This document shows positions 37,275 through 46,124 of a DNA stretch of 62,424 nucleotides, in pieces. This DNA is from a virus. Taxonomy: Duplodnaviria > Caudoviricetes. Under the pieces are notes generated by a model, which did not search any database, was not told the origin of the DNA, and saw only the letters and a list, made by a program, of their open reading frames with translations. The stretch covers positions 1-62,424 of the IMG/VR virus record IMGVR_UViG_3300023210_000033. One strand, given 5' to 3'. The number at the start of each line of letters is the position of its first letter. The stretch's first letter is position 1. Made by a program: the position numbers and the translations under genes.

Positions 37275-39688
37275 AATGATAGTGATGATTGAGTTTCTAA
37301 TTCGTGTTTGCTTCTCATCCTCATCCATCTTCCTTGTGGGTCTCTTCCCTCTTCCGGCTGAACACCTGTGGTATACAACGCATAAGCAACCAACCATTTA
37401 TAAAACCTCGTCCTTGATATAGTCATCTTAGCTTTCGGTCCGTAGTCAGGATACTCACTAATGAAATCTAAGTATAAGTCTTGCTTCAATAACTTTCTTC
37501 CAACCTCAAGGTTTGGATTCTTGTTATGACCTTCAACCAATCCACACCACTCAATAAAATCGTGAGATGATTCTGCAGATAGTTGTCTAATCTTTAGGTT
37601 AACAAACTTACTCGTAACCAACCCTGTCTTTAGATAGTTCTTTACACAAGCAACCATATAGTTATCGAACATACACCAATCATCATCATCCCAATCAGCA
37701 AAGAAATGTTTTCCAAACTCATCAAGCGGTGTATAGTTTTTGTTGTAGTGTTGGTGTAGTTCTATCTCCCATTTTCTACGAGCGAATGAATTACCACTAC
37801 CCTTTATTGCGTAGTTAGTTGTGATGGCAATCTTAGGAGATTTACTAAATGGTATCTTGATTGCATCTTTGTTTTTCTTTTCTAATGTCAACCCCTCGGT
37901 TACTACACTAAACAATCTTTCAAAATCAAAGTGCTTCTTCACATCATCAAAGCAAAGTATCTGCGTGTCTGCTGATACAGTTTGATATGGGAACGAACGT
38001 TCGAAAGCAAATGCCTTTCCATCTATCACGACTAACTTTTTCATTTGTGATAGTGCATTCATAAACAACCCCTTACCTGTACCTCCCTCAGGATTATCTG
38101 ATATAACCTCATCATTCAATATAACGGCAGGACAATAGCTTAAGTTTTTATATCCGTGCATCATAAAACCTATGGTAGATTCCATTGTCTTTACTCTGCT
38201 CTCCTCATCTGCACAAATCCTTGATATGAATTGCTGATACGTACAACCATCGTACTCACAGATGTTAAACTTTCTATCTATCACGTGGTCTTTCCAAACG
38301 TACCCACCTAAATCAAGGTAGTCTATTGGCTCTACTCCATCCAATGATATCTTTACTGCGCAGTTCTTATAGTATAGATAAGAAGTATCTTTAGTATCCT
38401 CTATGAAGTAGATGTCTATCGTTGCGAGAAGTGTCAGGAAATCCTCTTTAAAATACCTTACGTGGTCTGCGAAGTGATTGTAAATACTTAGGTCATCTAA
38501 ATCTATTAAGTGATTAAGTATGAAATCTTTTATCTCTTTCTCTGATGTGTGGTCTATAAGATTATTAGTAACCTTTACAAACACATAGTTCCTACTGCCT
38601 TCAGGACAAAATTTATAGAAGCCATTGTCCTCAAGAAATTGTTTGAATAGTATGTGTACTATCTTGATTGTACCCTTGTCTGACTTAGTCCAAAAAGAAA
38701 CCGTAGAGTTCTCTTGCTCAACCCTGTTGAGTACTGCCTCAGTTGTAGCACTATCTAACCCTGACTCCTCAAGTTGATAGCGCAATTCTTTTTTTGATAC
38801 ACCTCTTCTTAGTTTTGTTTTTACAGAGTTAATCCTTTCCTCATCCTCGTAGTACTTAGTTCCAAAGTTCTGTGTCTGAGCATAAGCTGAATCAATTGTT
38901 CTTGTAATCTCTGACTGCGGAAAGTCTTGAGTAGCATACTGATTAAGAACATAACCTGCAAGAGACTTATTAATTCCATAATCATTGAATGCCATTGCAA
39001 GTACGTAAGTATGTTGGTTACGCTGCCCCTCATTCATTGGATACTTTTTTGTCCACCACTTTACAAGTATCTCAACCACCTTGTTTTCATCGGTGATTGG
39101 AATACTCGGTGCATCTCTATGTGCATTTACCTCTACGTATTCCGGTTCATCTATCTTATCCCATACAGAAGAGTTCTCATTGATATAGATTAATGGGTCA
39201 TATGATTCGTAACACACACGTGATACATTACTACACATCTTATCGAAGTGTTCTGAATCAAAGTGTTTGTTCAATGCGTTGAAGAAGTTCTTATGATTGT
39301 CTACGTCAGCAGGTATCTTTACCAATGCTTTCAATCCATTACCTGATGGTGAGATGAATACAGAATAAACAAACTTATCTTTAGTTAACTTATCCTTGTC
39401 TTGTAATAATAGTTTTCTTTTTGTGTAGTCATCGAAGTCCAAACATATCAACCCACTATGATTAGTTAATGAGTTGTCTGTTCTCTTCGTGAACGTACCA
39501 CTAAAACATACTGCCGGTAGTAGTTTCTTTAGTTCGTTGCGCTCGTTCTTATCCTTTGAAGTACGTATGCGCTTGATTAAATCTTTCTGCGCTCCATTTT
39601 TTATTCTGTTGAGTACAACCCCAACCTCTCTGTGAAACGGTGCTTCTGTTTCTTTAATGTTTTTAAATATCGTGATGTCTGATGCCAT
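37271..39688 (-). CDS. Primase-helicase (VirE/BT4734-like N-terminus, PriCT, P-loop NTPase)
   Basis: LPAVCFSG..SGLICLDFD..SPSGNGLK..RVCYESYDP; EGQRN (PriCT); GGTGKG Walker A; CFDD; ITTN. Confidence 0.85.
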   Translation of the reverse strand: MASDITIFKNIKETEAPFHREVGVVLNRIKNGAQKDLIKRIRTSKDKNERNELKKLLPAVCFSGTFTKRTDNSLTNHSGLICLDFDDYTKRKLLLQDKDKLTKDKFVYSVFISPSGNGLKALVKIPADVDNHKNFFNALNKHFDSEHFDKMCSNVSRVCYESYDPLIYINENSSVWDKIDEPEYVEVNAHRDAPSIPITDENKVVEILVKWWTKKYPMNEGQRNQHTYVLAMAFNDYGINKSLAGYVLNQYATQDFPQSEITRTIDSAYAQTQNFGTKYYEDEERINSVKTKLRRGVSKKELRYQLEESGLDSATTEAVLNRVEQENSTVSFWTKSDKGTIKIVHILFKQFLEDNGFYKFCPEGSRNYVFVKVTNNLIDHTSEKEIKDFILNHLIDLDDLSIYNHFADHVRYFKEDFLTLLATIDIYFIEDTKDTSYLYYKNCAVKISLDGVEPIDYLDLGGYVWKDHVIDRKFNICEYDGCTYQQFISRICADEESRVKTMESTIGFMMHGYKNLSYCPAVILNDEVISDNPEGGTGKGLFMNALSQMKKLVVIDGKAFAFERSFPYQTVSADTQILCFDDVKKHFDFERLFSVVTEGLTLEKKNKDAIKIPFSKSPKIAITTNYAIKGSGNSFARRKWEIELHQHYNKNYTPLDEFGKHFFADWDDDDWCMFDNYMVACVKNYLKTGLVTSKFVNLKIRQLSAESSHDFIEWCGLVEGHNKNPNLEVGRKLLKQDLYLDFISEYPDYGPKAKMTISRTRFYKWLVAYALYTTGVQPEEGRDPQGRWMRMRSKHELETQSSLSL

Positions 39689-39692
39689 TTCT

Positions 39693-39840
39693 ATGTCGAT
39701 TTAATGTTGATTTTAATTTTATAACTTACTGATAATCAGTAGTCGTGTCGTTTATGTCGTTTTTTTCTTCACCTAATAGGAAGAAAAAGAATAAGTATAC
39801 TATTTACTATAGTGTATATGGAACGAATAGACCCGACATT
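39693..39840. promoter_or_regulatory. Origin-like module A: TGTYG repeats, IHF-type site, AT-rich tract and inverted repeat
   Basis: ATGTCG 39693, ATGTTG 39704, TAACTTACTGATA 39722 (reverse complement fits WATCAR-N4-TTR), GTGTCG 39745, ATGTCG 39754, inverted CGACAT 39834; directly upstream of the primase gene. Confidence 0.55.
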
Positions 39841-39849
39841 ATTAAGGGC

Positions 39850-39884
39850 AAAAAAAAGGAGTGTCTTCAAGGACACCCCTCTCT
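39850..39884 (-). terminator. Terminator after the SSB gene built on palindromic motif copy 6 (39861..39876)
   Basis: - strand GGGGTGTCCTTGAAGACACTCC followed by a T-run. Confidence 0.75.
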
Positions 39885-39901
39885 TTGCTTCTTAATTGGT
39901 A

Positions 39902-40177
39902 TTAAAACGGTAGTCCTGTATCCTCAGCACTTGCTACCTGAGGCGCTGCCTCGGTATTAGCCGCCTTGTTAGGCTGCCACGTGTCTAATTCACAATACTC
40001 CTTACCACTTTTACCTTTCTTGATATCGATGTTGACCCATCCACCTTTAGCATTAGCCTTAAGGAATGCAACCGCATCTTCTACCTTGATTGATAATCTT
40101 CCGAGTACCCACTCAGGAGCATCGTCTCTTTTAGGTTTAAACATAAACCCATCTGCAAAAATTTTTTCTTCTGCCAT
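39902..40177 (-). CDS. Single-stranded DNA-binding protein (putative)
   Basis: Small OB-like core with an acidic tail ending GLPF; next to recombination genes. Confidence 0.65.
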   Translation of the reverse strand: MAEEKIFADGFMFKPKRDDAPEWVLGRLSIKVEDAVAFLKANAKGGWVNIDIKKGKSGKEYCELDTWQPNKAANTEAAPQVASAEDTGLPF

Positions 40178-40179
40178 TG

Positions 40180-40332
40180 TTAATTGATTTTAATTGTTTG
40201 CTCCAATGTTTCTAATGTCGAAAGAATAACGTTATCCTTTTCGTAACGTGTGGTGCAGTCCATTGGAACTTCTAACCACATCACACGCCTTTTGGTTTTA
40301 ATATTAAACAACTTCTTAAAGTACTTCATTGA
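40180..40332 (-). CDS. Small hypothetical protein
   Basis: MKYFKKLF.. fills the gap between the exonuclease and SSB genes. Confidence 0.45.
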   Translation of the reverse strand, partial: SMKYFKKLFNIKTKRRVMWLEVPMDCTTRYEKDNVILSTLETLEQTIKIN

Positions 40333-41044
40333 TATAGTATGAGTTAATATCTTCTGTTGCCTCATCAGAAAAGAAAGACCTGTAAACTTCAATAGCTTTC
40401 TCTACCTTCTCTTCACCTCTTGCTACAAAATCTGCAGATGGTACAAACTTACCTAACATCCCTGTTGATTTATCAACCACTAAAAATATAAGAGGCTTGT
40501 TAAACAATTGCTGATAGATATAACATTGACTATCGTAGTTGTACTTCCTTGCACTCCACTTGAAATCTTTTATGTTCCCGGTAGTTTTAATATCAATGAG
40601 CATATCCGGATGAACGATGTCGGCTTTGCCTTTCCACATCTCTCCCTTTATCTCCTTGATGCTTGGTACTTCATACTCATTGTTAGTGTTGGCTATGAGT
40701 TCATACATATCTAAGTTGTTCATCATAGTTTTAACCAACCCTCTAAGTTCCTCGCCCTCTTTATTAAGTAGGGCAAACTCTACATCGTTGTCTTTAATAA
40801 ACTCTTTGTATGCTTTAGTTGTACGTGAAGATACATCAACAAACTCTACCTTCGCTGCCTTCTCAGGCTCAAGTATTAGTTGGTGAAAGTATCTACCCTT
40901 AGCAAAGTTTGCGTTGTCGGGTCTGCTCACACCAAACTCCTGTGGATTAGTGAGTAGTGTACCTATGTCTGAATTGGAAAGGTATTGTTTTCCAAATGCT
41001 CCGTAGTATTCTTTGTCGTCTCTTAACTTCTCTAATATATCCAT
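40316..41044 (-). CDS. RecE / exonuclease VIII-like PD-(D/E)XK exonuclease
   Basis: LSNSDI, GRYFHQLILEP, KGKADI..IDIKTT..YNYDSQCYIY. Confidence 0.8.
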   Translation of the reverse strand: MDILEKLRDDKEYYGAFGKQYLSNSDIGTLLTNPQEFGVSRPDNANFAKGRYFHQLILEPEKAAKVEFVDVSSRTTKAYKEFIKDNDVEFALLNKEGEELRGLVKTMMNNLDMYELIANTNNEYEVPSIKEIKGEMWKGKADIVHPDMLIDIKTTGNIKDFKWSARKYNYDSQCYIYQQLFNKPLIFLVVDKSTGMLGKFVPSADFVARGEEKVEKAIEVYRSFFSDEATEDINSYYINEVL

Positions 41045-41694
41045 TACTTCTTAGCCGTTACAAGGTTAGTAATAGATGTCTTAACAGATGCTGATACAAC
41101 ATACTTCTTAGCTATCAAATCAGTTAGCTTTTTAACACCTTGTGACTTGTTATCTTTAACGTAGTTCATTACGTTATCCCAATTAGCATCACCTTTCTTT
41201 AGTTCAAGGCGGTCATTCGCAGCCGGGTTAGTTTTCGTTGGTGTCTTTGAAGACACTTTACTTGCTAACTCTTCTTGCTTAGCGACAACCTCATCTTGTG
41301 GTAAGTCCTCACCTGCATAGATATAAAGTCCAAGTCCGTGACGTGCGATTGCTTTAGTAAGACTACGTTGGATTGCCTTGTTAACTTCTACTGACGTTAG
41401 CTTATCCATTGCCAAAGACTTGTTACTATAGTTCATAATAGGAAGATACTCTATGTGTTCTTCACCTTCAATTGTAACTCCTGTCTTTACCCAAGCTGAC
41501 CTGTTGTCTGTGTGGTAAATCATTCCGTGTTCGTTTTCGTACACGGTGTACGTACTGTTAGGATAATTCTCTTTTACTTTTGACCAAGCCCAAGCCCAAG
41601 ACAAGTAAGTAAGTCCATTCTTTTTTTCTGTAAACTTGTTTACGTTGATTCCATTTAAGGTTTCAAATACTGATTTCTTTTTTGCGTTTGCCAT
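41044..41694 (-). CDS. Sak (Rad52-like) single-strand annealing protein
   Basis: EKKNGLTYLSWAWAW..LPIMNY.N..IQRSLTKAIARHGLGLYIYAGEDLP. Confidence 0.9.
   Translation of the reverse strand: MANAKKKSVFETLNGINVNKFTEKKNGLTYLSWAWAWSKVKENYPNSTYTVYENEHGMIYHTDNRSAWVKTGVTIEGEEHIEYLPIMNYSNKSLAMDKLTSVEVNKAIQRSLTKAIARHGLGLYIYAGEDLPQDEVVAKQEELASKVSSKTPTKTNPAANDRLELKKGDANWDNVMNYVKDNKSQGVKKLTDLIAKKYVVSASVKTSITNLVTAKK
41241..41256. repeat. 16-bp palindromic motif copy 7, in the Sak linker
   Basis: GTGTCTTTGAAGACAC, read as VSSKT. Confidence 0.95.
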
Positions 41695-41699
41695 TTGAT

Positions 41700-42104
41700 T
41701 TAATTTAATTGATTTAATTTATTATTGATTATTGCATATCGCTTGAGGATTCTTTCTCTGCTTGACTTTAGAATTGAAAGTTGCTTCATAGAATTTCTCC
41801 CATTAACTTCTTTCTTTATTGACTGCTCAACTTTATCAAGTTTTGTACGATAGTTAGACAAAGATATAACATAAGCACCACACCTCCAACCTTTTTCTTT
41901 AAAAAGATTTATTTCCTCAGGAAGAACCGGCATATAAAAGTCACCGCCCTTCATTGTATTAAGTATGATTATCTCCTCTGTCTCATCGTCTTTAACTATC
42001 TTGATACCGAACACTATACGTGCCTTGTATCCATCACCATTGACTTCTACTGCGTAGTCATCTTCAGTTGCTTGAGTCCAAATATCTTCTAAGCTATAAT
42101 GCAT
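41700..42104 (-). CDS. Hypothetical protein
   Basis: 134 aa, packed in the operon. Confidence 0.7.
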   Translation of the reverse strand: MHYSLEDIWTQATEDDYAVEVNGDGYKARIVFGIKIVKDDETEEIIILNTMKGGDFYMPVLPEEINLFKEKGWRCGAYVISLSNYRTKLDKVEQSIKKEVNGRNSMKQLSILKSSRERILKRYAIINNKLNQLN

Positions 42105-42391
42105 TGTTGTATTTCTTTTACTACGTTAACATAGTCCTTATCTTTTTTAATCTTCTTCGTCACCATATCTATTCCGTGGATAATTGAAGAGTGATTAATA
42201 AGGTATCCTTTCTCTGCCATATATTCCTGTATGTACACGAGCCTCATCGGTCTAATGTAACAGGCATAATATAACAGGTGACGTGCATCCACTATGTCCC
42301 TTCGCTTTGACTTGGTAAACAGAGTGTCTTCATCTATAGAGAATAGTTCACAAACTTTCTCTACATAATTATTAAAAATCTTTGCTTTCAT
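42089..42391 (-). CDS. Second DnaA domain-IV-like HTH protein
   Basis: VCELFSI..LFTKSKRRDIVDARHLLYY..INHSSIIHG. Confidence 0.7.
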   Translation of the reverse strand: MKAKIFNNYVEKVCELFSIDEDTLFTKSKRRDIVDARHLLYYACYIRPMRLVYIQEYMAEKGYLINHSSIIHGIDMVTKKIKKDKDYVNVVKEIQQCIIA

Positions 42392-42581
42392 TTGATTCTG
42401 ATTGTGTTAAGTCCCCACTAAATATCTGTGAGAACGATTCGAATAATTCATTTAATACTTCCTTACTATCGAGTGTCTTTGAAGACACTACTTCTCCACC
42501 TCTCTCCCGAGACGTAGACTTTACTTTGCAGTAGTGATTTGATTGTTCCATACGATTAAGTTTGAGTTGTTGTCCATTCAT
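42372..42581 (-). CDS. Hypothetical protein (contains motif copy 8)
   Basis: 69 aa filling an operon gap. Confidence 0.45.
   Translation of the reverse strand: MNGQQLKLNRMEQSNHYCKVKSTSRERGGEVVSSKTLDSKEVLNELFESFSQIFSGDLTQSESNESKDF
42473..42488. repeat. 16-bp palindromic motif copy 8
   Basis: GTGTCTTTGAAGACAC. Confidence 0.95.
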
Positions 42582-42882
42582 TGAATTTAGAAGAGTGACT
42601 TAGATTCTTAGAGTTATCTTCCGCTATGATTAGTAGCACAAGGTATCCACATAAATCAAAGAGCGTATCCTCTGTTGAGTCATTGATTCCTACGTTCTTT
42701 ATCCTCGCTAACTTGTCGTCTATCCTTGCACGTAAGCTATTAACCGCATTCCCGTGACTGAAGATGTTGATTGGTTCAAGCGCTGAGTTCCCGTAGTCAT
42801 CGTTCTTCTGTTGTAACATAGCACAGACCTTGTCTGTTATGTCCTTGATTCTTTCTTTGTTATCCATTGTAATAGTCATCAA
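42556..42882 (-). CDS. Nucleotide-modification-associated (Nmad1/DUF1599-like) all-helical pyrophosphatase-fold protein
   Basis: KNDDYGNS..RIDDKLARI..EDTLFDLCGYLVL. Confidence 0.75.
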   Translation of the reverse strand: MMTITMDNKERIKDITDKVCAMLQQKNDDYGNSALEPINIFSHGNAVNSLRARIDDKLARIKNVGINDSTEDTLFDLCGYLVLLIIAEDNSKNLSHSSKFNEWTTTQT

Positions 42883-43213
42883 AAATTAATTGTTCAATGT
42901 CTGAAAGTTTATCAGACCTCTTACCTCTCACACCTCCTATGTAACTCACTAAGTATTTACCGCTGCGTAACATCTGAATGTAATGACCTCCGGCATACCT
43001 GATTACATCTGTACAAGAAGAGATTAGTGCCGGTGGTTCACCTGCATAAAGGTTTTCAAAGTCATCCCTGACATACATTGTACCTGTCTCTTGCATCTCT
43101 TTGATTGTGAATTCTTCTACATCTAATAGTTGTTGTAGTCTCTGTATTTTCTTAACGTTGTTCGGCTCAAACATTTTCAGCCGTTGGATTTCTTCTATGA
43201 TATAATGTTTCAT
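42860..43213 (-). CDS. Hypothetical protein
   Basis: 117 aa with an A-rich leader. Confidence 0.65.
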   Translation of the reverse strand: MKHYIIEEIQRLKMFEPNNVKKIQRLQQLLDVEEFTIKEMQETGTMYVRDDFENLYAGEPPALISSCTDVIRYAGGHYIQMLRSGKYLVSYIGGVRGKRSDKLSDIEQLIFDDYYNG

Positions 43214-43220
43214 AATTGAT

Positions 43221-43460
43221 TTAATTTATTTCAGCAACACTACACACGATAACGTCCCCCACTAATGGACGTTGGCTAATGTTACTTGCTTGTTGATTTT
43301 GTGGGAGATTGTTGAGCAGTCCTTCTTCGTTTACTACTAAGATTGTATTGCCTACGTAAACGAATTCTATGTAGCCCTGTACTAAGTCCTGCATTTTTTT
43401 TAATGTGGACACGTCTACATTTTGTATGACCTCTCCGGTAGATTTTAATAGTTTTGCCAT
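43221..43460 (-). CDS. DUF3846-like small protein
   Basis: LKKMQDLVQGYIE..VVNEEGLL.NLPQN..AS..LVGDVIV. Confidence 0.75.
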   Translation of the reverse strand: MAKLLKSTGEVIQNVDVSTLKKMQDLVQGYIEFVYVGNTILVVNEEGLLNNLPQNQQASNISQRPLVGDVIVCSVAEIN

Positions 43461-43472
43461 ATGATTTTATTT

Positions 43473-43507
43473 AATTGATTTATACGAAAGTAATAAATTA
43501 TTTAGAC
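43473..43507 (-). promoter_or_regulatory. Early promoter repeat copy 1 (GTCTAAAT-N7-TACTTTCG-TATAAATCAATT)
   Basis: Same architecture and spacing as 45093..45127. Confidence 0.6.
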
Positions 43508-43747
43508 ACATCCTAATTTTATGTCTGATATTTTCACGTACCAATATCCGTCCTTCAGTATCTTGTCCGTCCCTTTCCAAACATCCAACCCTGACTGCTG
43601 ACCTGTACTTTCTACGTGTGCTATCAACTGATGTAGTGCCATCTTTACTCCATCGTGTTCTGCTTTTGAATGGCTATCGTTTACCCATTCATCATCGCTG
43701 ATTATATCTTCTGCGATTCTTTTGATTCTTGATAATTCTATTTTCAT
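43502..43747 (-). CDS. Hypothetical protein
   Basis: Likely start MKIELSR, coupled to the upstream small ORF. Confidence 0.6.
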   Translation of the reverse strand: MKIELSRIKRIAEDIISDDEWVNDSHSKAEHDGVKMALHQLIAHVESTGQQSGLDVWKGTDKILKDGYWYVKISDIKLGCV

Positions 43748-43902
43748 AACATTTCTTTTTTTAATTTTTCTCTGTGGTCGCATAACAAATTCATAGTGAA
43801 TTGTCTTGACCAATTCTCATTGGCTATTGCTTCATTGACCTCAGTCATATTCATTTTACTAATTGATTCTTGAGTGTGTCTTACTCCTTGATTGTATCTC
43901 AT
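43744..43902 (-). CDS. Small hypothetical protein (52 aa, not in the ORF track)
   Basis: MRYNQGVRHTQESISKMNM..KEML*, with an ATGA overlap into the next gene. Confidence 0.5.
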   Translation of the reverse strand: MRYNQGVRHTQESISKMNMTEVNEAIANENWSRQFTMNLLCDHREKLKKEML

Positions 43903-43920
43903 CTTTATTTATTACAGATT

Positions 43921-43955
43921 AATAAAAGCAAGAGTGTCCTTGAAGACACCCTTGC
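43921..43955 (-). terminator. Terminator after GATase-GGCT built on palindromic motif copy 9 (43934..43949)
   Basis: GCAAG-A-GTGTCCTTGAAGACAC-C-CTTGC, with TTTTATT downstream on the - strand. Confidence 0.7.
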
Positions 43956-43964
43956 ATTGTGGAT

Positions 43965-45041
43965 TTAGTCTTGAAATTTTAAGACCTCATCCTCTTTGAA
44001 CCAACCACCACAGGAGGAACAATAATAGTTTGAAAACCCATCGAACGTTACATCGTTGTAACAATCTACACAGGTAGGTGTGTCATTAGTTGGGAAGTGT
44101 TCGTCATCCCATCCTATATCTATCGCTTCGTGATTAATATCTTCATCAACATCTTCGACAATGCCTCTATCGAATAAGGTATTCTCGTATCGTGCTGACT
44201 GCTCATACGATTCAACAAATGGTTTGTTTGAATTACTTTCTTTTGGATTGAAGTAAATCCAACACGTTAAAGTCTTTCCGTTGTTCATCTTCACCGGTAT
44301 CTCTTCACGCTTGTACCATCTTGGATGACCCTCAAGCATATCTAAACTCTTGAACGTGGTATCGCTAACCTTAAACACATCAACCTTTACGTTATGTCCT
44401 AACCCTTTTTCTTTTAATAAGAAAGGAAGTCCATCAACAACCAAAGGATATTTGTCTTGAGTTTTACCTGCACCAATATGCTTTGATGAAGTTAGGTAAG
44501 AGTAGTAGTTACTGAAACCTTTCTTTAAAGTTCCATACACCGCAACCAAGTTGTCTTGAAGTACGTTGGCTTTTGAATACCAAATGCCATCACGATAAGT
44601 ATACAGGTTACGATTGTAGATTTGGAATGAACGAGTCCGGGTGTTGATGCTCACAAAACGTGAGTCATACTTTTCAAGTTCAGTCTTCCAAGTGTTACGT
44701 GCTACGTTACCAAGCGCCTTGGCAAGTACCTTACTATCACACTCGTCAGCAGTTCCAAGTCCCTTGATAGTTCCATTCTGCATTAGAAGTTCGTCATTCT
44801 TTACACCGCATCTGAATGGGTGAGTGTTGGACAGTCCAACCTTACCGACAGTTGCGTATCTGAAATGCGCAATGAATGGTCGCTTAGTTAATAGTTGTTT
44901 GTACTCGTTTGATTTGTGGTATGTTACCTCGAACGTGTCGAGCCATACAATTCCTAATCCGTGAGGATTAATTCTCGCTGAAGTCTTAGCGATTTCATTA
45001 GACATTACATTGTCTTTCTGCTTAATAATAATTACACACAT
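43965..45041 (-). CDS. Class II glutamine amidotransferase fused to gamma-glutamylcyclotransferase (AIG2-like) and a C-terminal Zn ribbon
   Basis: True start MCVIII (N-terminal Cys nucleophile) at 45041; NPHGLG, HFRYATVG, NTHPF, QNGTI; then VYGTLKKG..LDMLEGHP..CWIYF; CxxC..CxxC. Confidence 0.88.
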   Translation of the reverse strand: MCVIIIKQKDNVMSNEIAKTSARINPHGLGIVWLDTFEVTYHKSNEYKQLLTKRPFIAHFRYATVGKVGLSNTHPFRCGVKNDELLMQNGTIKGLGTADECDSKVLAKALGNVARNTWKTELEKYDSRFVSINTRTRSFQIYNRNLYTYRDGIWYSKANVLQDNLVAVYGTLKKGFSNYYSYLTSSKHIGAGKTQDKYPLVVDGLPFLLKEKGLGHNVKVDVFKVSDTTFKSLDMLEGHPRWYKREEIPVKMNNGKTLTCWIYFNPKESNSNKPFVESYEQSARYENTLFDRGIVEDVDEDINHEAIDIGWDDEHFPTNDTPTCVDCYNDVTFDGFSNYYCSSCGGWFKEDEVLKFQD

Positions 45042-45061
45042 AGTGATTTGATTTGCGAGGG

Positions 45062-45077
45062 GTGTCTTTGAAGACAC
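45062..45077. promoter_or_regulatory. 16-bp palindromic motif copy 10, in operator position between promoter and GATase start
   Basis: GTGTCTTTGAAGACAC lies between promoter 45093..45127 and ATG 45041. Confidence 0.85.
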
Positions 45078-45092
45078 CGACCTCTGATTTAC

Positions 45093-45127
45093 AATTGATT
45101 TATACAAAGGTAAGACTAAATTTAGAC
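45093..45127 (-). promoter_or_regulatory. Early promoter repeat copy 2 (GTCTAAAT-N7-TACCTTTG-TATAAATCAATT)
   Basis: Contains canonical TAnnTTTG; duplicated at 43473..43507. Confidence 0.65.
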
Positions 45128-45143
45128 ATAACCTAATTTTATT

Positions 45144-45401
45144 TTACCTTTCTTCGTTTGATGCGTACTCATCTGCGTACTTACAGGCTTCGTTGTACGT
45201 GTTCCCTGCCTGTTCTTCTACGTAGTCAACAAACTTATTGAACCACATTACATTTTCTCTGAGTTGCCCTATTGCATCTTCAAGATTGTCTATACTTGCC
45301 TGACAAGAGTCATTGTCCGGATTCCATTCTTCGCTTTGTAGCATTTCGAAATCTGTGATTGCCATTTTAATTTTACTGATTACTGATGTTGAATTTTCCA
45401 T
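45144..45401 (-). CDS. Small acidic hypothetical protein
   Basis: 85 aa, Asp/Glu-rich, early region. Confidence 0.65.
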   Translation of the reverse strand: MENSTSVISKIKMAITDFEMLQSEEWNPDNDSCQASIDNLEDAIGQLRENVMWFNKFVDYVEEQAGNTYNEACKYADEYASNEER

Positions 45402-45420
45402 TGTGATTGTATTTAATTGA

Positions 45421-45957
45421 TTAATAAATTTTGATTGTTCCTTCGTTTAATTTTTCTGCGTACTCGTTAGCCTTCTTGCGTGACCAAGTCATATATCTGT
45501 TTGGATTCTCGTCAAACAATTCCTCGCTGACATCATCCCAACAAGATTCAACAACCACATATCGCTCAGGATTCTCTTGGTTATCTATCAGTAACTTGTA
45601 CTCGCCATAGTTCATCGTCTCTTCGATTGTGTAGTACGTGTCACCCTCATTGAATGGATACGATTCGTACCATACCTCATCTAATAAATAGTTCTTGCTT
45701 TTGCATATGTATGCAATGAAATTATCCATATGCTTGTGGTCTGTAAACTCCTTGGTCAATGTCCAAAGACCTTTGCCTTTTCCGTAGCTTACCTGCCCTG
45801 TCTCAAATTGAATTGTTGCTTTCATACTCTGTCCTTTTAATTTGTTTAATAATTTTGTTAGTCTTCTGTCTGTGGTCTTGTCCCACATCCTTGCTTTGTC
45901 TGTTTCAACACCTCTAATGAGATGGTATAGTTCGTCTTTAGTGAAAGTGAATTCCAT
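45421..45957 (-). CDS. Hypothetical protein
   Basis: 178 aa, early region. Confidence 0.7.
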   Translation of the reverse strand: MEFTFTKDELYHLIRGVETDKARMWDKTTDRRLTKLLNKLKGQSMKATIQFETGQVSYGKGKGLWTLTKEFTDHKHMDNFIAYICKSKNYLLDEVWYESYPFNEGDTYYTIEETMNYGEYKLLIDNQENPERYVVVESCWDDVSEELFDENPNRYMTWSRKKANEYAEKLNEGTIKIY

Positions 45958-45961
45958 AGTT

Positions 45962-46123
45962 CTATTTTGATTTTACTGCGGTTAACTTGTCTCGTTTTAT
46001 CCAAGGATATTCATTGATGTTATCATTGTAGATGCGGTCAATGGCTTCCCACTTGGAGTGAGCCGGGATAACTTTGATTAGCTTCCCGGCATACCTTACC
46101 TTGTAATAGTTCTTGCGCTCCAT
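45962..46123 (-). CDS. Small hypothetical protein (53 aa, not in the ORF track)
   Basis: MERKNYYKVRYAGKLIKVIPAHSKWEAID..VKSK* exactly fills the gap. Confidence 0.55.
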   Translation of the reverse strand: MERKNYYKVRYAGKLIKVIPAHSKWEAIDRIYNDNINEYPWIKRDKLTAVKSK

Positions 46124-46124
46124 A

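Noticed and set aside
42324-42332. Half-site GTGTCTTCA (and GTGTCTTTTGAG near 35274)
   Set aside because: The second GACAC arm is missing, so these were not counted among the 15 copies.
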